Assembly: GCA_048213135.1 (NCBI GenBank) | Contig: PS015027.1 | Coordinates: 43,782 to 107,781 of the forward strand | Direction: 5' to 3' | Source of the DNA: Reclinomonas americana ATCC 50394 | Taxonomy: Eukaryota | Length of the DNA stretch: 64,000 nucleotides | In this document: positions 28,131 to 40,730 of the stretch, one piece after another | Numbering within the stretch: the stretch's first letter is position 1 | Layout: each line of letters opens with the position of its first letter | Translations under genes and position numbers: made by a program | Notes under the pieces: generated by a model | What the model was told of the DNA's origin: nothing | Database searches by the model: none | Seen by the model: the letters and a program-made list of their open reading frames with translations, nothing else

Positions 28131-28264
28131 TGTGCGTCACACTCTCTCTTTCTCTCTCTTCTCTTACTCACTGCAATTCCACTTCCGCCCTTGGTGAGTG
28201 GTGAGGGCTGTGCGTTGAACTGCACGCGGTCGTCTGCAGACGAGTTTGATCCCGTTGCGCCCAT
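27258..28264 (-). CDS. Mic19/CHCHD3-like MICOS subunit (twin CX9C protein); 3' end and middle exon uncertain because of a gap
   Basis: MGATGS myristoylation-type start, PLTK-FTPDFVDVL segment resembling fungal Mic19, and C-terminal C-x9-C-x9-C-x9-C (PCQEARSALLGCLKEGKTFIDCQQKAKEFIAC). Confidence 0.65.
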
Positions 28265-28337
28265 GAGAAACACACGAAAAAAGCACAAGGACATGTCCCC
28301 TTTATGTCCTCTTCTCCTCGCGTTTTCTTCTTGTCGA

Positions 28338-28601
28338 ATGAGTGCGGTGTTTGAGGAGGATAAGTACGCGTTGCCGGCGAGTGGCACTCCGCTGCGACCG
28401 AGTGTGTTTGCGTATGGAACTGCGGGGTTTCGGTATGCGGCGAGTGTGTTGACGGGAGTCGGAGTGCGTGTGGGCGCGGTGGCCGCGGCGAGGGCGAGGG
28501 TGTTGGCGCGGGAGAGAGGTGAGGAGGAGAAGGGGAGGAGAAGGGGAGGAGATGGGGAGGAGAAGGGGAGGAGAGAGACAACTGGTAGTGTAGTCACACA
28601 A

Positions 28602-28644
<43 letters not shown>

Positions 28645-31275
28645 CTCTTACACACACTTACACACACGCACAGAGAGAGAGAACGTCTTGAATGCCGTGA
28701 TTGCATGCATTGCTTGCATCCTCACAGACTCCTCTCCCTTTCTCAACACACACACACACACATTCACAAAGAGACACTCCACTGATGCTCTCTCTTTCTC
28801 TCTCTCTCACTCGCTCACCCACCCACACACCACTGTGAGAGAGAATGCCGTGATTTGCATGCATTCATTCTCCGTTTCTCTCTTTCCCTGTCCCCCTCTC
28901 TTCCAGGCGGCTCCCCCGTGTGCGTCGGCGTAATGATCACGGCGTCGCACAATGCACCGCGCGACAACGGCTTCAAGATTGTGGATGCCGACGGCGGCAT
29001 GCTGCATGCGTCGTGGGAGGCGGTGGCGACGCGTGTGGCCAATGCTGGCACGGCACGCGAGGTGGAGGCTGTGTTGTCGGAGATGTTGCCCGTGGGGGGC
29101 GAGCCGGTGTTTGGTGGTGACCAGTCGCAGGTGTGATGTGCACGGGGGAGAGGAGAAACGCAAGAGTGTCTCATGTTGCTTGCNNNNNNNNNNNNNNNNN
29201 NNNAGGCGGTGGTCATGGTGGCGCGCGATACACGGCCGTCGGGCAAGTTGCTGGCGGAAGTGATCAAGGCCGGTGCGGAGGCTGTGGGTGCGCGTGTGCA
29301 CGTGGTGGCGCAGCCGATTACGACGCCGGAGTTGCACTGGCGTGTGGCGCGATGGAATGAGGGAGTGGACGATCGCGAGGATGATGAGGCCGGGTCGATT
29401 GCGTTTGAGGAGACTCTGGTGAATGCGTTCCGGGAGCTGGTGGGCGAGCATGCACCGGCCCCGCCGGCGCGAATTGTGGTCGACGCTGCGGATGGAGTCG
29501 GTGGACCGCGACTGCGCTCGATCGCGGNNNNNNNNNNNNNNNNNNNNNNNNNNNNNNNNNNNNNNNNNNNNNNNNNNNNNNNNNNNNNNNNNNNNNNNNN
29601 NNNNNNNNNNNNNNNNNNNNNNNNNNNNNNNNNNNNNNNNNNNNNNNNNNNNNNNNNNNNNNNNNNNNNNNNNNNNNNNNNNNNNNNNNNNNNNNNNNNN
29701 NNNNNNNNNNNNNNNNNNNNNNNNNNNNNNNNNNNNNNNNNNNNNNNNNNNNNNNNNNNNNNNNNNNNNNNNNNNNNNNNNNNNNNNNNNNNNNNNNNNN
29801 NNNNNNNNNNNNNNNNNNNNNNNNNNNNNNNNNNNNNNACCGGCTGCGCGCGCTCGAGTTGCTCGATGTGGTGATTGTCAATGACGGATGTGGCGATGGT
29901 GCCGAGGAGATGGTTCGTGCGAGTGAGACAAGAATTATGAAAAAAAGGAAACGATATGTGTGTGAGAGAGAGCTTGTAATCTCTCTATCTCTCTCTCTCT
30001 CTCTCTTGTGTCATCTCTTTCTCTGCGTGTGTGTGTGTGTGTCATGTTGAATGTCGTTCACGTTGGCGTCGTATATTGCATGTTATTTGACTCTCTCTCT
30101 CTCTCCCTCTTCCCCTTTTCGCAGCTGAATGTCAATGCTGGAGCCGAACACGTGCACAAGACGCAATCGTGGCCGCGACAACTGGCCACCGCCATGGAGC
30201 GGTCGCTGGCCGCCATTGGGGTGGAAGCGATTGCGGAACACGGCGCGGGTTCGGCGGGCCTCGCTCGCAGTGACAGTCTCGCCGCGGCGCCGGCCTCTGT
30301 TCTTCTGGCAGCAAGCCTCGACGGCGATGCCGATCGCGTAATGTGCATGGACCTCGCCAGTGCAGACGGTAGCGTGTCTCTCCCTCGCGTCAAGTGTGGT
30401 GATGACCTTCCCGGCTCACCACTTGCTTGTCAATGATGTGCAGGCGAGCCACTTACCGTGCTCGACGGCGACTACATGGCTGTGCTGCTGGCCGCCTTTG
30501 TGGTGCGCCAGCTCAAGGCCGCCGGCGTGCTGGTGGTCAAGGAGTCGGAGGCGGCGGCTTCCGACCGTGCTCTGTCGGTCGGCGTGGTGCACACGGCCTA
30601 CACCAATGGTGCCGCGGTGCAGTACCTGCGCGAGGTGGTGAACGTGGACACGGCGTGCGTGCCGACGGGTGTGAAGCATCTGCATGCTCGCGCACACCAC
30701 TACGACATTGGTGAGTGCGCACTCGCGTTTGGAGAGGCCTCGCTCCTCTCTCATTCTTTTTTGCCGACGATCTCCTCCTCCATGCAGGTGTGTACTTTGA
30801 GCCGAATGGACACGGCACGGTGCTGTTCTCCACCCGTGCACAGCGTGTGCTGGCCGACGGCGGAGATGCGGTGGCGAGCGTGCGTGCTCTGTCGCAGTTG
30901 TTCAACCAGTACACTGGGTGTGCGATTGCCGATCTGCTGGCCCTGGTTGGTGTGCTGCTCTGCGAGGGCCTGTCGATTGGTGCCTGGAAGCAGATGTACG
31001 CGCCGCGCTGCTCCACGCTGCTGCGTGTCGAGGTGCATGATCGCTCTGTGGTGCGCACAACGTCGGACGAGCAGACGGTGGTGGAGCCGCCGGATCTGCA
31101 GCCCCGACTCGATGCCATCATTCACGAAATCGGAGGCCCGGGAGCGCGTGCATTTGTGCGTCCCAGCGGCACAGAGGACGTGGTGCGTGTGTATGCCGAG
31201 GCAGAGACGCAGCCGTTGGCCGACGCCCTCGGTGCAGCGCTGTGTGAGAGTGTGCGATCGCGACTCGGGTCATGA
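28338..31275 (+). CDS. PGM3: Phosphoacetylglucosamine mutase
   Basis: [16 protein letters not shown]...[47 protein letters not shown] and [15 protein letters not shown]. Confidence 0.96.
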
Positions 31276-31384
31276 GTGGAGATGGGGGAATGAATGTCGG
31301 GGAGTGTTTGTGTTGTTAGAATAAGGGGGAAGAGGAGAGAAACAATGGTACATGAAAGAAAAACAACCAGCACACACATTGCCA

Positions 31385-33692
31385 TCACTGATTGTCGAGC
31401 AGGTGCGAGCCACTGCGGAAAATGATGCTGGGGAAGCGGTCGGCAATGTCAAAAATCAGCTCACCGAACAGGCCTGGGCACAAGCGGTGAGCGGTTTGAG
31501 GGAGATGGACAAAGAGAGGCTAGTACAACACACCATTGGCCCAAGCGAACCACGATCGCGTGTAGTTCTGCGGATCGTCCTTCCAGTACGATTCGTGCAT
31601 GAAACCCGTGCCGTCGGCACTGTTCAGCAGCGTCTGCAGCAGCAGCGACACCTCATCCTGGTCGTCGCTTGTCATGGCCTGCGCGGGTGGAAGGAGGGGA
31701 GGCGTGAGAAGGAGAGCGATGAAGGGGATGGGAAAGGAGGCTGAGAATCACAGCGTGGTGCACAGTGATGAATGCAGATGTGTGCTGATTGGTGACCTGC
31801 TATGATCCCATGTCGAGAGCAGCACAAACCTGGACAATGAGAGCAATCGGCCAGATGTTGCCGGCACGAGTGTGGAACGAACCAATGCCGGTGCCGGCCA
31901 GGCCCGAGTAAAAGTACTGCGACAGACGATGAGTCTGCTGTGTGTACTGCGACAAGTGACCACGACTCACGGGGTTCGTGTACGGCGACAGCAGCAACTG
32001 GCGTGTGTTGCGGTACACAATGTCGGTGCGATTCAGGAAGCCGAGGAGCGGCAGTGCCATGAGCTGTACCGCATGGTGAATACGCAACGCAATTTCCACG
32101 AGCGAGATGAAGAAACGAACCGACGGCACATTGGCATCGTCCATGAACACCTGTGCACAACCAGTTCACATCAACTCACGAAAGATAACACACAGCTGCA
32201 GGCAACCGACCTTGTTGTAAAAGCCGTCCACCTGTCGCCTGCGTGTCAGTCGGAGGAATTGCACATGAATGGCGAGCGCTGATGGAAAGAACCTCGTAAA
32301 AGTACACACGCTTGTCTGGTCCCGGCAACGCGTCGTGGTTGCCGACACAGTTTTGCTGAATAGCGTAGTTCAGGTTGCCGGCGAGAGTCAGGGCCGACTT
32401 GGCCAACGCAGCACCATTCGGAATCAAGTTGGCGATGCGAGCGGCATTGCTGAGCCCGACGGCCATCATGGCATTCGCCGGGCAAAAGTACGGGAAAATG
32501 TGATTGTCATCGGAGGGGCGATAGGCGCTCTTGGCTGCGTGGGAACAGAGAAGCGGTAGGAATGAGGGGAATTCAAGGAGAGCACCAGCAAGAAGAGTAA
32601 AGCCGCACCGAGACCACATCGCCGACCGGGCAGGCCGACGCCGTACTGCTGATCGTCGTACTGGTAGGGCGCAACGCAACCATGCTACATCGAGAATCGC
32701 GTGAGTAACCCGGAGTGTTGTCGTGGCACGCTGCACACCAGCAGCGCCGCAACTCCAGTCTCCTGCTCCACGGTGCCGGGCATCTGTGCGTACACAGTGT
32801 CGATCACCAGCTGCACAGCTTGTGCCCACTCGGGTGACGTGAAAGGGCGCAAATCCTTGCCCCCGGTGGCATCAAAGTAGCCGGCACTCAGACGGAGGAA
32901 GCTGGCCAGTGTGTCGAGCTCGTACTTGCCCCTGTTGTCGAGGGTGTGAGTGGAAGCTGAATGTTTTGCTGCTGCTGCTGCGATGTAATGCAACACGCAA
33001 CTCCCACACAATCGGCGTCAGCGGAGGGACTCGGCGAGGCGCACCGACATTGTAGGCAGCATCGTTGGCGGCGTAGTTGAATGCTGTTGGAAAAAACTAC
33101 AGGTGAGCAGCAACGTGATGAGAGAAAGAGAGAAACTATTATGCGCACCATTGGCATACGGGTCGTGGAGCACGTTGTTGGCCTGGCGGTGAATCAGACC
33201 GCGGATCATGGTCGCCAGCTTGTCATCCTGCTGCACGAAGCGCAGATAGGGCCATACCTGTTGCGGTGGAGAGGAGTGAGAAACAGCAGAGAGCGTAGAC
33301 ACAGGGAAGGCGCAGGCGCAGACAGACGAAACTTGGTTCATCGAGTCGCGGCCCCACATAGCGGGAATGTCACCTGCACAATGGAGTGTGAGAGGGGCGG
33401 GTGCTCGTGACCAGCATTGTAGAGCACACTGACCAGTGATGACAAACTGTGAAGCGCAATGCGAGTGAGATATATGACAACTTGCAACGCTGCTTGACGA
33501 CAAAAACGTACCGCGTCTGGCGTCGTGTAGTCCACGTGCGAGACGGTGGTGTCCAGCGTGTTGGGGAAGCAGTTGGAGAACAGCTGCGAGGAGGACAAGG
33601 TGAAAGGGTTGGGGCAAGAATGGGACTGTCGGGGAATTCGGAGGCACCCACCGTGGCGAGGTTTGGGTCCTTCATCTTGCTGGTCATTTCTG
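31385..33692 (-). CDS. Glycoside hydrolase family 125 (DUF1237, exo-alpha-mannosidase-like); 5' end lost in repeat/gap
   Basis: LFSNCFPNTLDTTV, FVITGDIPAMWGRDS, WEGKYELDTL, SAYRPSDD, YEVDG, MDDANVPS, GIGSFHT and WFAWANGLFGELI. Confidence 0.93.
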
Positions 33693-33710
33693 CACAGGAA
33701 AGGGAAAGGG

Positions 33711-34540
33711 GAATGACAAGGGGAATGAGAGGAGGAACGAGAAGGGGGGAACGAGGAGGGGAATGAGAAGGGGAACGAGAAGGGGAAGAGAAGGGGAACA
33801 ACAAGGGGAAAGGTCAAGGGGAACGACAAGGGGAATGACAAGGGGGATGACAAGGGGGATGACAAGGGGGATGACAAGGGGATTGACAAGGGGAATGACA
33901 AGGGGAATGACAAGGGGATTGACAAGGGGAATGACAAGGGGAATGACAAGGGGAACGAGGAGGGGAACGAGGAGGGGAACGAGAAGGGGAATGACAACGG
34001 GAATGACAACGGGAATGACAACGGGAATGACAACGGGAATGACAACGGGAATGACAACGGGAATGACAACGGGAATGACAACGGGAATGACAACGGGAAT
34101 GACAACGGGAATGACAACGGGGGGAGTGACACGGGGAATGACAACGGGAATGACAACGGGAATGACAAGGGGAATGCCAAGGGGAATGACAAGGGGAATG
34201 ACAAGGGGAATGACAAGGGGAATGACAAGGGGAATGACAAGGGGAATGACAAGGGGAATGACAAGGGGAATGACAAGGGGAATGACAAGGGGAACGAGGA
34301 GGAGAATGACGAGGAGAATGACGACAAGGGGGGAGTGACAAGGGGGGAGTGACAAGGGGGGAATGACAAGGGGGGAATGACAAGGGGGGAATGACAAGGG
34401 GGGAATGAATGACAAGGGGGGAGTGACATGGGGAAGGGGGGAATGACAAGGGGGGAGTGACAAGGGGGGAGTGAGAAGGGGGGAGTGAGAAGGGGGGAGT
34501 GAGAAGGGGGGAATGACAAGGGGAATGACAAGGGGAACGA
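33711..34540 (+). repeat. 12-bp minisatellite (GACAAGGGGAAT / GACAACGGGAAT) grading into 13-14 bp variants, within a GH125 intron
   Basis: Dozens of tandem units seen directly. Block of the AACGGG variant at about 33990-34160. Confidence 0.95.
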
Positions 34541-34575
34541 GAAGAGGCACGAGANNNNNNNNNNNNNNNNNNNNT

Positions 34576-36264
34576 TGTGAGCAACGAATGTGTGTCTAGA
34601 AATCCCAACGTGTCCTCCGTCGACGAAGGGGACGTCGTAGTGGCACACTTCTCTCTGAAAGGCGCCCTCTGCGTATGGGTATGGCAACAGATAGTATAAC
34701 CAACGATCGCCGGTGAGAAAATGCTTGCTTAAGATTAATCAACGAAGAGAGCGCATCATGTTTCATTCAACAGCTTTTCTCTCTCTCTCTCTGCTCAGTC
34801 GTCAGGCAGAGCGATTCCGGCGAGCTGCGACAACAGAAGCAACGAAGAAGCAGTGAGCATGCACGTTACACACAACGCCCACACTCTTCTCCCACCCTTG
34901 TGCTTAAAAGAGATAGAGAGCTTTCAGATCAGAATCTTGTCGCCTTTTCATATCATCGGATGGCGGCACACACATTGGGGCGGCGTGCCGTTCTCCACCC
35001 TACTAAGGTGTCCTAAGAGACAATTCATCATCGAAAGAAGAATAAGGAGAAGAACTTCTGCACCCTCCCCTCTCCTACCCCACACATACAAACATGAAAA
35101 CTCACCAGACGATTTGTCGCTCACGCAGTCGAGAAGGCCACCATCAACCTGCATCATCATCATCAACACGAGTGAGGCCAATCGTGCACAAACGCGGGCA
35201 GGAAAGAGTCAATAGTGGTGCAGAAGGCCGTGGAAAGACAAGCGTGCTCAGGTTCTTGACACAAGGTTCGTATCATTGGGCGCGCAAACACCCATTCTAA
35301 ACATGCTGGGATCAAGAAAGAAACTCATCATTGGTCTCTCTATTCTGCTGCCTTCCGCCTTGTTTCTCTCGTTGGAGGCAAGAAAGAGTGTGCACGAAGG
35401 AAAACACTCACCATCGCAGCAGGTCGACACGCGGCTTACCGGGGTCGACACATCACGCGTTCACATGCCTAATGCAACAAAAAAACGAGTCAGCAACCAC
35501 GCTCGGAGGCGGAGGGAGAAAAGGAAACAAAGGAGGAGTGGGGAATTATCAGATCGAGGATTCGTTATGCATTTAGAAGTTTTTGCATGGAGGCATGCGC
35601 CCCTCAAACTAATGCAGTTCATCATGTAACATGAGGGAAGAGAAGGAAAAGGGAAGCGAGAGAGATGAAGAAAAAAAGAGGCGGGAAAAACACTCACCGA
35701 GATAATGCAATGGCTTCACGGCACTGCGTCGACAATAAAAAAGAGCACACACACACACGTGTCAGTGTCTTGCGGCAGCAATGGCGGTGCAGTGCAGATG
35801 GGGGGAAAAGAGGGGGATGGGCACAGCACACACGCGTGTCTCAGTTTAGCATACGGTTTCGCAGCACAGATAGTCAGACTAGAGGTGTCAAACGTTTTTC
35901 TTCGTCATTGAGCTTATGTGCATGTGTGTGCTCGTGCGTGTGGAAGGAGAGACAAGGGAGAAAGGGGCAAAGAAGGGGAGAAAAACTCACCGCATGATGC
36001 ACATGGTCGACACACGCGACTTTTTTCGTTCAGCGCGCGCGCACGTGGTTGCAGCGCCGCATGCCGCAGAGTGGAGGCACTCGCGTTGTTGCAGTGGGCC
36101 TCGTGGTGGAGGTGCACGAAGGGGGAGCGCGTCAGCAGAGACTCATGGCTCAGCAAGGGGAAGAAAAAAGAGATTGGTCCAACGGAACGGACCGTGGATT
36201 CCTGCCCACTACGAAACGGTCTTTTTTTACCGTATTTCGCGCACTCTACACGCTGTTGCTTCAT
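34576..36264 (-). other. Possible spliced transcript or degenerate gene of unknown function
   Basis: Four G|GTGAGT donors on the minus strand (actcac at about 35100, 35405, 35692 and 35985), with pyrimidine tracts. No recognisable protein, and some candidate exons contain stops. Confidence 0.3.
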
Positions 36265-36492
36265 CGACGACCCAGCTTGTTGCGACAACCAACGTTGACG
36301 CCGGTGCGTGCATGTGCACATATGTGTGCGTTTGTCATCATCTCACGCACATATATGCATGTGGTTTTTTCGCGCGCATTTAGTCTTCCTCGTTGCACCT
36401 CTCTGCATCGCAGAACACTGTGCACACGACATATGAGTACACACCCGCCGCGTTGTAGTGCCACTTGGCTCCGGCACCGGCGCCACACGCGT

Positions 36493-36894
36493 ATGCCAGC
36501 ATGCGTATTGACCACAGCGCTGGTGCGGGTCTTGATCAGCTCTCTCGTGCTGCTGACCGCCTGCGCTGCCGTGTCGGCGCTGCCACACACACCACAATAT
36601 CATTCCGCCACTGTGGGTGAGTCTCTAGAGCTCTGCGTACTGCAGAATCTGGAGGCGGTGGTGATTGCGTGGTTGATGATGACTCAGAGAACTCCACAGG
36701 TCCTCCTATTCTTCTTCTTCTGCTGCCTCTCCTCCTCCTCCTCCTCCTCCTCTCTCTCTTCTTCTTCTTCTTCTTCTTCTTCTTCTTCTTCTTCTTCTTC
36801 TTCTTCTTCTTCTTCTTCTTCTTCTTCTTCTTCTTCGTTCGTTCGTTCGTTCGTTCGTTCGTTCGTTCGTTCGTTCGTTCGTTCGTTCGTTCGT

Positions 36895-36942
<48 letters not shown>

Positions 36943-39900
36943 NNNNNNNNNNNNNNNNNNNNTCGTTCGTCGTCGTCGTCGTCTCGTCTACTCTCTCGTC
37001 TTCTTCTTCTTCTTCTTCTTCTTCTTCTTCTTCTTCTGCTTTCTCCTCATGGATTGTCGTTGTTTCGTTCCCTGTTGCAGAGTCATCGTCTTCGAGTACT
37101 CGCCCCGTCACTGTGCGCGCGGTGCTCGCAGTGGCAGATGCGGCGACACTTATCGCGGGTGTGCCGATGGTGGTCAACGTGCTTGCCAACGACACCGGGG
37201 TGGGCCTGGTGGTCACGGCAGTGATCGATACGGCTTTCGGGGGCACGGTGTTCAACCTGCCAAGCGCAGGCAGCACGGCAACTCTGGCCGACGGCATTGT
37301 TGTCACTCGACGCAGCGACAAGCGGCTGGACGTAACGGCGCCAACTGCAGGCGTCGTGCGAAGCTTTGACTATCGTGCTACTGACGGCATCGACACGGCC
37401 ACGGCCTCGGTGACGCTGACGGTGGCGTCTGACGAAACAACTGCACGCACCGTTGGCCACGTCTTGGTTTTCGACACCACCAAGGCGGGGACTGCCAGCA
37501 ACCAGTTGCAGCTGCTGGTGGGGGGTGGTGCGACCAACAATTTCAAAGTGTTTTGGGGCGATGGAAGCTCGCAAGTGGCCACCGGTACGGTGACGAAGAC
37601 GTACGCCGCCAGTGGCACGTACACTGTGACGATTGTGGGCAAGTTTGCGGGTCTCAAGTTCAACAACAGTGGTGATCGGCTGAAACTGAGCAGCATCAGT
37701 CAGTGGGGAAATGTGGCGTTCACCGACCTGGTCAGCGCATTCACCGGTTGTGCGAATCTGCAGGTCACGGCCACCGACACACCCGATCTGGCCAACGCTA
37801 GTAGTCTAGCTAGCACGTTTTTGGGCTGCACTGCGTTGACGGGCGCGGGAGCAAACTGGAACTGGGATGTTTCGACGGTGACCATCATGTCGAACATGTT
37901 CAACGGGGCGACGGCATTCAATCAGAACATTGGCGGATGGAACACAGCTGCCGTCACTAACATGGCGGGCATGTTCAACGGGGCGACAGTGTTCAATCAG
38001 AACATCAGCGGATGGAGCACTGCTGCCGTCACCAACATGTCGTACGTGTTCTACGGAGCAGCGGCGTTCAACCAGAACATTAGCGGGTGGAGCACTGCTG
38101 CCGTCACAAACATGTCGAACATGTTCCAGGGAGCAACCGCGTTCAACCAGAACATTGGCGTGTGGAACACTACTGCCGTCACCAACATGTCGAACATGTT
38201 TTATGGAGCGACGGCGTTCAACCAGAACATTGGCGTGTGGAACACTGCTGCCGTCACCAACATGTCAAGCATGTTCTACTTGGCGACGGCGTTCAACCAG
38301 AACATTAGCGGGTGGAACACCGCTGCCGTCGCCAACATGTCGAACATGTTCAACGGAGCGACGGCGTTCAACCAGAACATTAGCGGGTGGAACACAGCTG
38401 CCGTCACTAACATGGCGGGCATGTTTAACGGGGCGACGGCATTCAATCAGAACATTAGCGGGTGGAACACAGCTGCCGTCGCCACCATGTCGTACATGTT
38501 CTATGGAGCAGCGGCGTTCAACCAGAACATTGGCGGGTGGAGCACTGCTGCCGTCACCAACATGTCAAACATGTTTCAGGGAGCGACAGCGTTCAATCAG
38601 AACATTGGCGTGTGGACCACTACTGCCGTCACCAACATGTCGAGTATGTTCCAGGGGGCGACGGCGTTCAACTCGAACATTGGCGTGTGGAACACCGCTG
38701 CCGTCACCAACATGTCGAGCATGTTCGCCGGAGCGACGTCATTCAGCCAGAACATTAGCGGGTGGAACACGGCTGCCGTCGCCATCATGTCGAACATGTT
38801 CAACGGAGCGACGGCGTTCAACCAGAACATTGGCGGATGGAACACAGCTGCCGTCACTAACATGGCGGGTATGTTCAACGGGGCGACGGCGTTCAACCAG
38901 AACATTGGCGGCTGGAGCACTGCTGCCGTCACCACCATGTCGTACATGTTCTACGGAGCAGTGGCGTTCAACCAGAATATTAGCGGGTGGAGCACTGCTG
39001 CCGTCACAGACATGTCGAACATGTTTTATGGAGCGACGGCCTTCAATCAGAACATTGGCGTGTGGAACACCGCTGCCGTCACCAACATGTCGAACATGTT
39101 CTACTCGGCGACGGCATTCAATCAGAGCATTGGCGGGTGGAACACCGCTGCCGTCGCCAACACGGCGAACATGTTCAACGGAGCGACGGCGTTCAACCAG
39201 AACATTAGCGGGTGGAACACAGCTGCCATCACCACCATGGCGGGCATGTTCAACGGGGCGACGGCCTTCAACCAGAACATTGGCGGATGGAATGTGACCC
39301 AAGTGACTTCGATGAGCAGCATGTTTGACAGCAGCGGTCTAAGTGTGCCCAACTTCAATGCCATTCTGGTCGGCTGGGCCGCTCAGAACGTCAAGTCAGC
39401 CGTCACGCTGGGGGCCTCTGGCGTGTTCTACGGTCCCACTGGAAGCACCGCCCGCAGCTCGTTGATCGCTTCCAAAATGTGGTCCATTACCGCGAGCGCG
39501 AACACCGCTCCGGCACTGACTGGAGCAAACGCACTGAGTGCCATCACCGAGGATCAGACGAGCAACTCGGGCGACTTGGTGTCGGCTGTCGTCAGTGGAC
39601 GTGTGACAGATGCAGACGCGTCGCGCGCGTCGGCAAAGGGCGTTGCCGTGACGGCTGTCAGTGTCGCAGGCAGTGGCGTATGGCAGTTCTCGCTGGACAA
39701 CGGCAGCTCATGGACCAACATGCCTGGCGGCCTGAGCAGCACGGCGGCGCTGTTGTTGCGAGACACTGACAGGGTTCGGTTCTTGCCAGACACTGTCATT
39801 GGTGGCGCAGCGGGGTTGACCTTCCGTGCCTGGGACCAGACTGACGGAGGTGCAGCAGGGTCGCAGGCAAACACGAGCTCGAACGGTGGGCTGACGGCCT

Positions 39901-40730
39901 TCAGTACAGCGACCCAGACTGCCTCGCTGACGGTGACCAGCATCAACGACGCACCGGTCGCCGCGTCGGCCAGCTCTTCTGCCACGTACTATACAGGCAG
40001 CAGCGGCATTGCGCTCGTCGGCACCATGACAATCTACGACGCCGAGCTGAGCCTTCTCAACAACTTTTCCGGTGCGACATTCACGGTGGCGCGTGATGGC
40101 GGTGCCAGTGTGCAGGACGTGTTTTCCGGCATGGGCACTCTTGGAGCGCTAACTGAGGGCGGCACGTGTACCGTTGGCGGCACGGTCATTGGCACAGTCA
40201 CGACCAACAGCGGCGGCACGCTTGTGCTCACGTTCAATGGCAGTGCGACAAACGCGCTTGTGAATGCAGCGATGCAACAGATTGCGTACACAAACCCCAG
40301 TGCTGCACCTGCGTCGACGGCGCTGATGCGGTGGACTTTCAGCGATGGCAACTCTGGCGGAGCACAGGGCACAGGTGGTGTTCTGAGTGCCACAGGCACC
40401 GTGCTTGTGACCGTGGCTATGCCACCCGCACCAGTGTTTATCAACTTGACTCCGGGAACATATACGTCACCATCTGTTGCTCAGGTAGTGGTGGGCACGC
40501 TCAGCGTGCCGTCGCCTGTGTCCACTGGCCAGTCGTACACGTTTTCGATAGTGGGCGGACCACACGGTGCCTGGTTCAACATTTCTGGAGGCAACCAACT
40601 GCGCATCACTGCGGCTGGGCGGACTGGTCGGTGGCTGAGTGTGACGGTTTCTGCCACGAATACGAACTTGCCGAGTCTGACGGTGACGCGGACGCTGACG
40701 GTTTCGCGAGCGATAGGTTTGTTCTTGTGA
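36493..40730 (+). CDS. Bacterial-type surface protein: Ig-like (VNVLANDT) + PKD-like + DUF285/BspA-like 25-aa repeats + cadherin/Ig-like domains. Main exon 37081-40730; probable signal-peptide exon 36493-36616
   Basis: Uninterrupted ORF after the ttgcag acceptor at 37080. Motifs VFWGDG, ISQWG, 19 W(N/S)TAAVTNMxxMFxGATAFNQNI(G/S)x repeats, FNAILVGW, WQFSLDNGSSW, LTFRAWDQT and INDAPV. The upstream hydrophobic exon ends in phase 1, matching the acceptor, but a gap lies between them. Confidence 0.85.
36725..37035. repeat. Compound microsatellite (CTC)n(TTC)n(TTCG)n(GTC)n around an N gap
   Basis: Seen directly in the sequence. Confidence 0.85.
37863..39330 (+). repeat. Coding tandem repeat, 19 full 75-bp units plus a partial unit (DUF285)
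   Basis: Trp codons at 37863 and 39288 are exactly 19 x 75 bp apart. Confidence 0.95.

Noticed and set aside
33338-34687. Long ORFs with SFPL, VIPL or MTRG repeats
   Set aside because: These are translations of the 12-bp minisatellite, open in several frames, and lie in an intron.
37863-39330. Regular repeat resembling a CRISPR array or a diversity-generating cassette
   Set aside because: The units are contiguous in-frame 75-bp coding repeats without unique spacers. No cas or reverse transcriptase gene is in the window.
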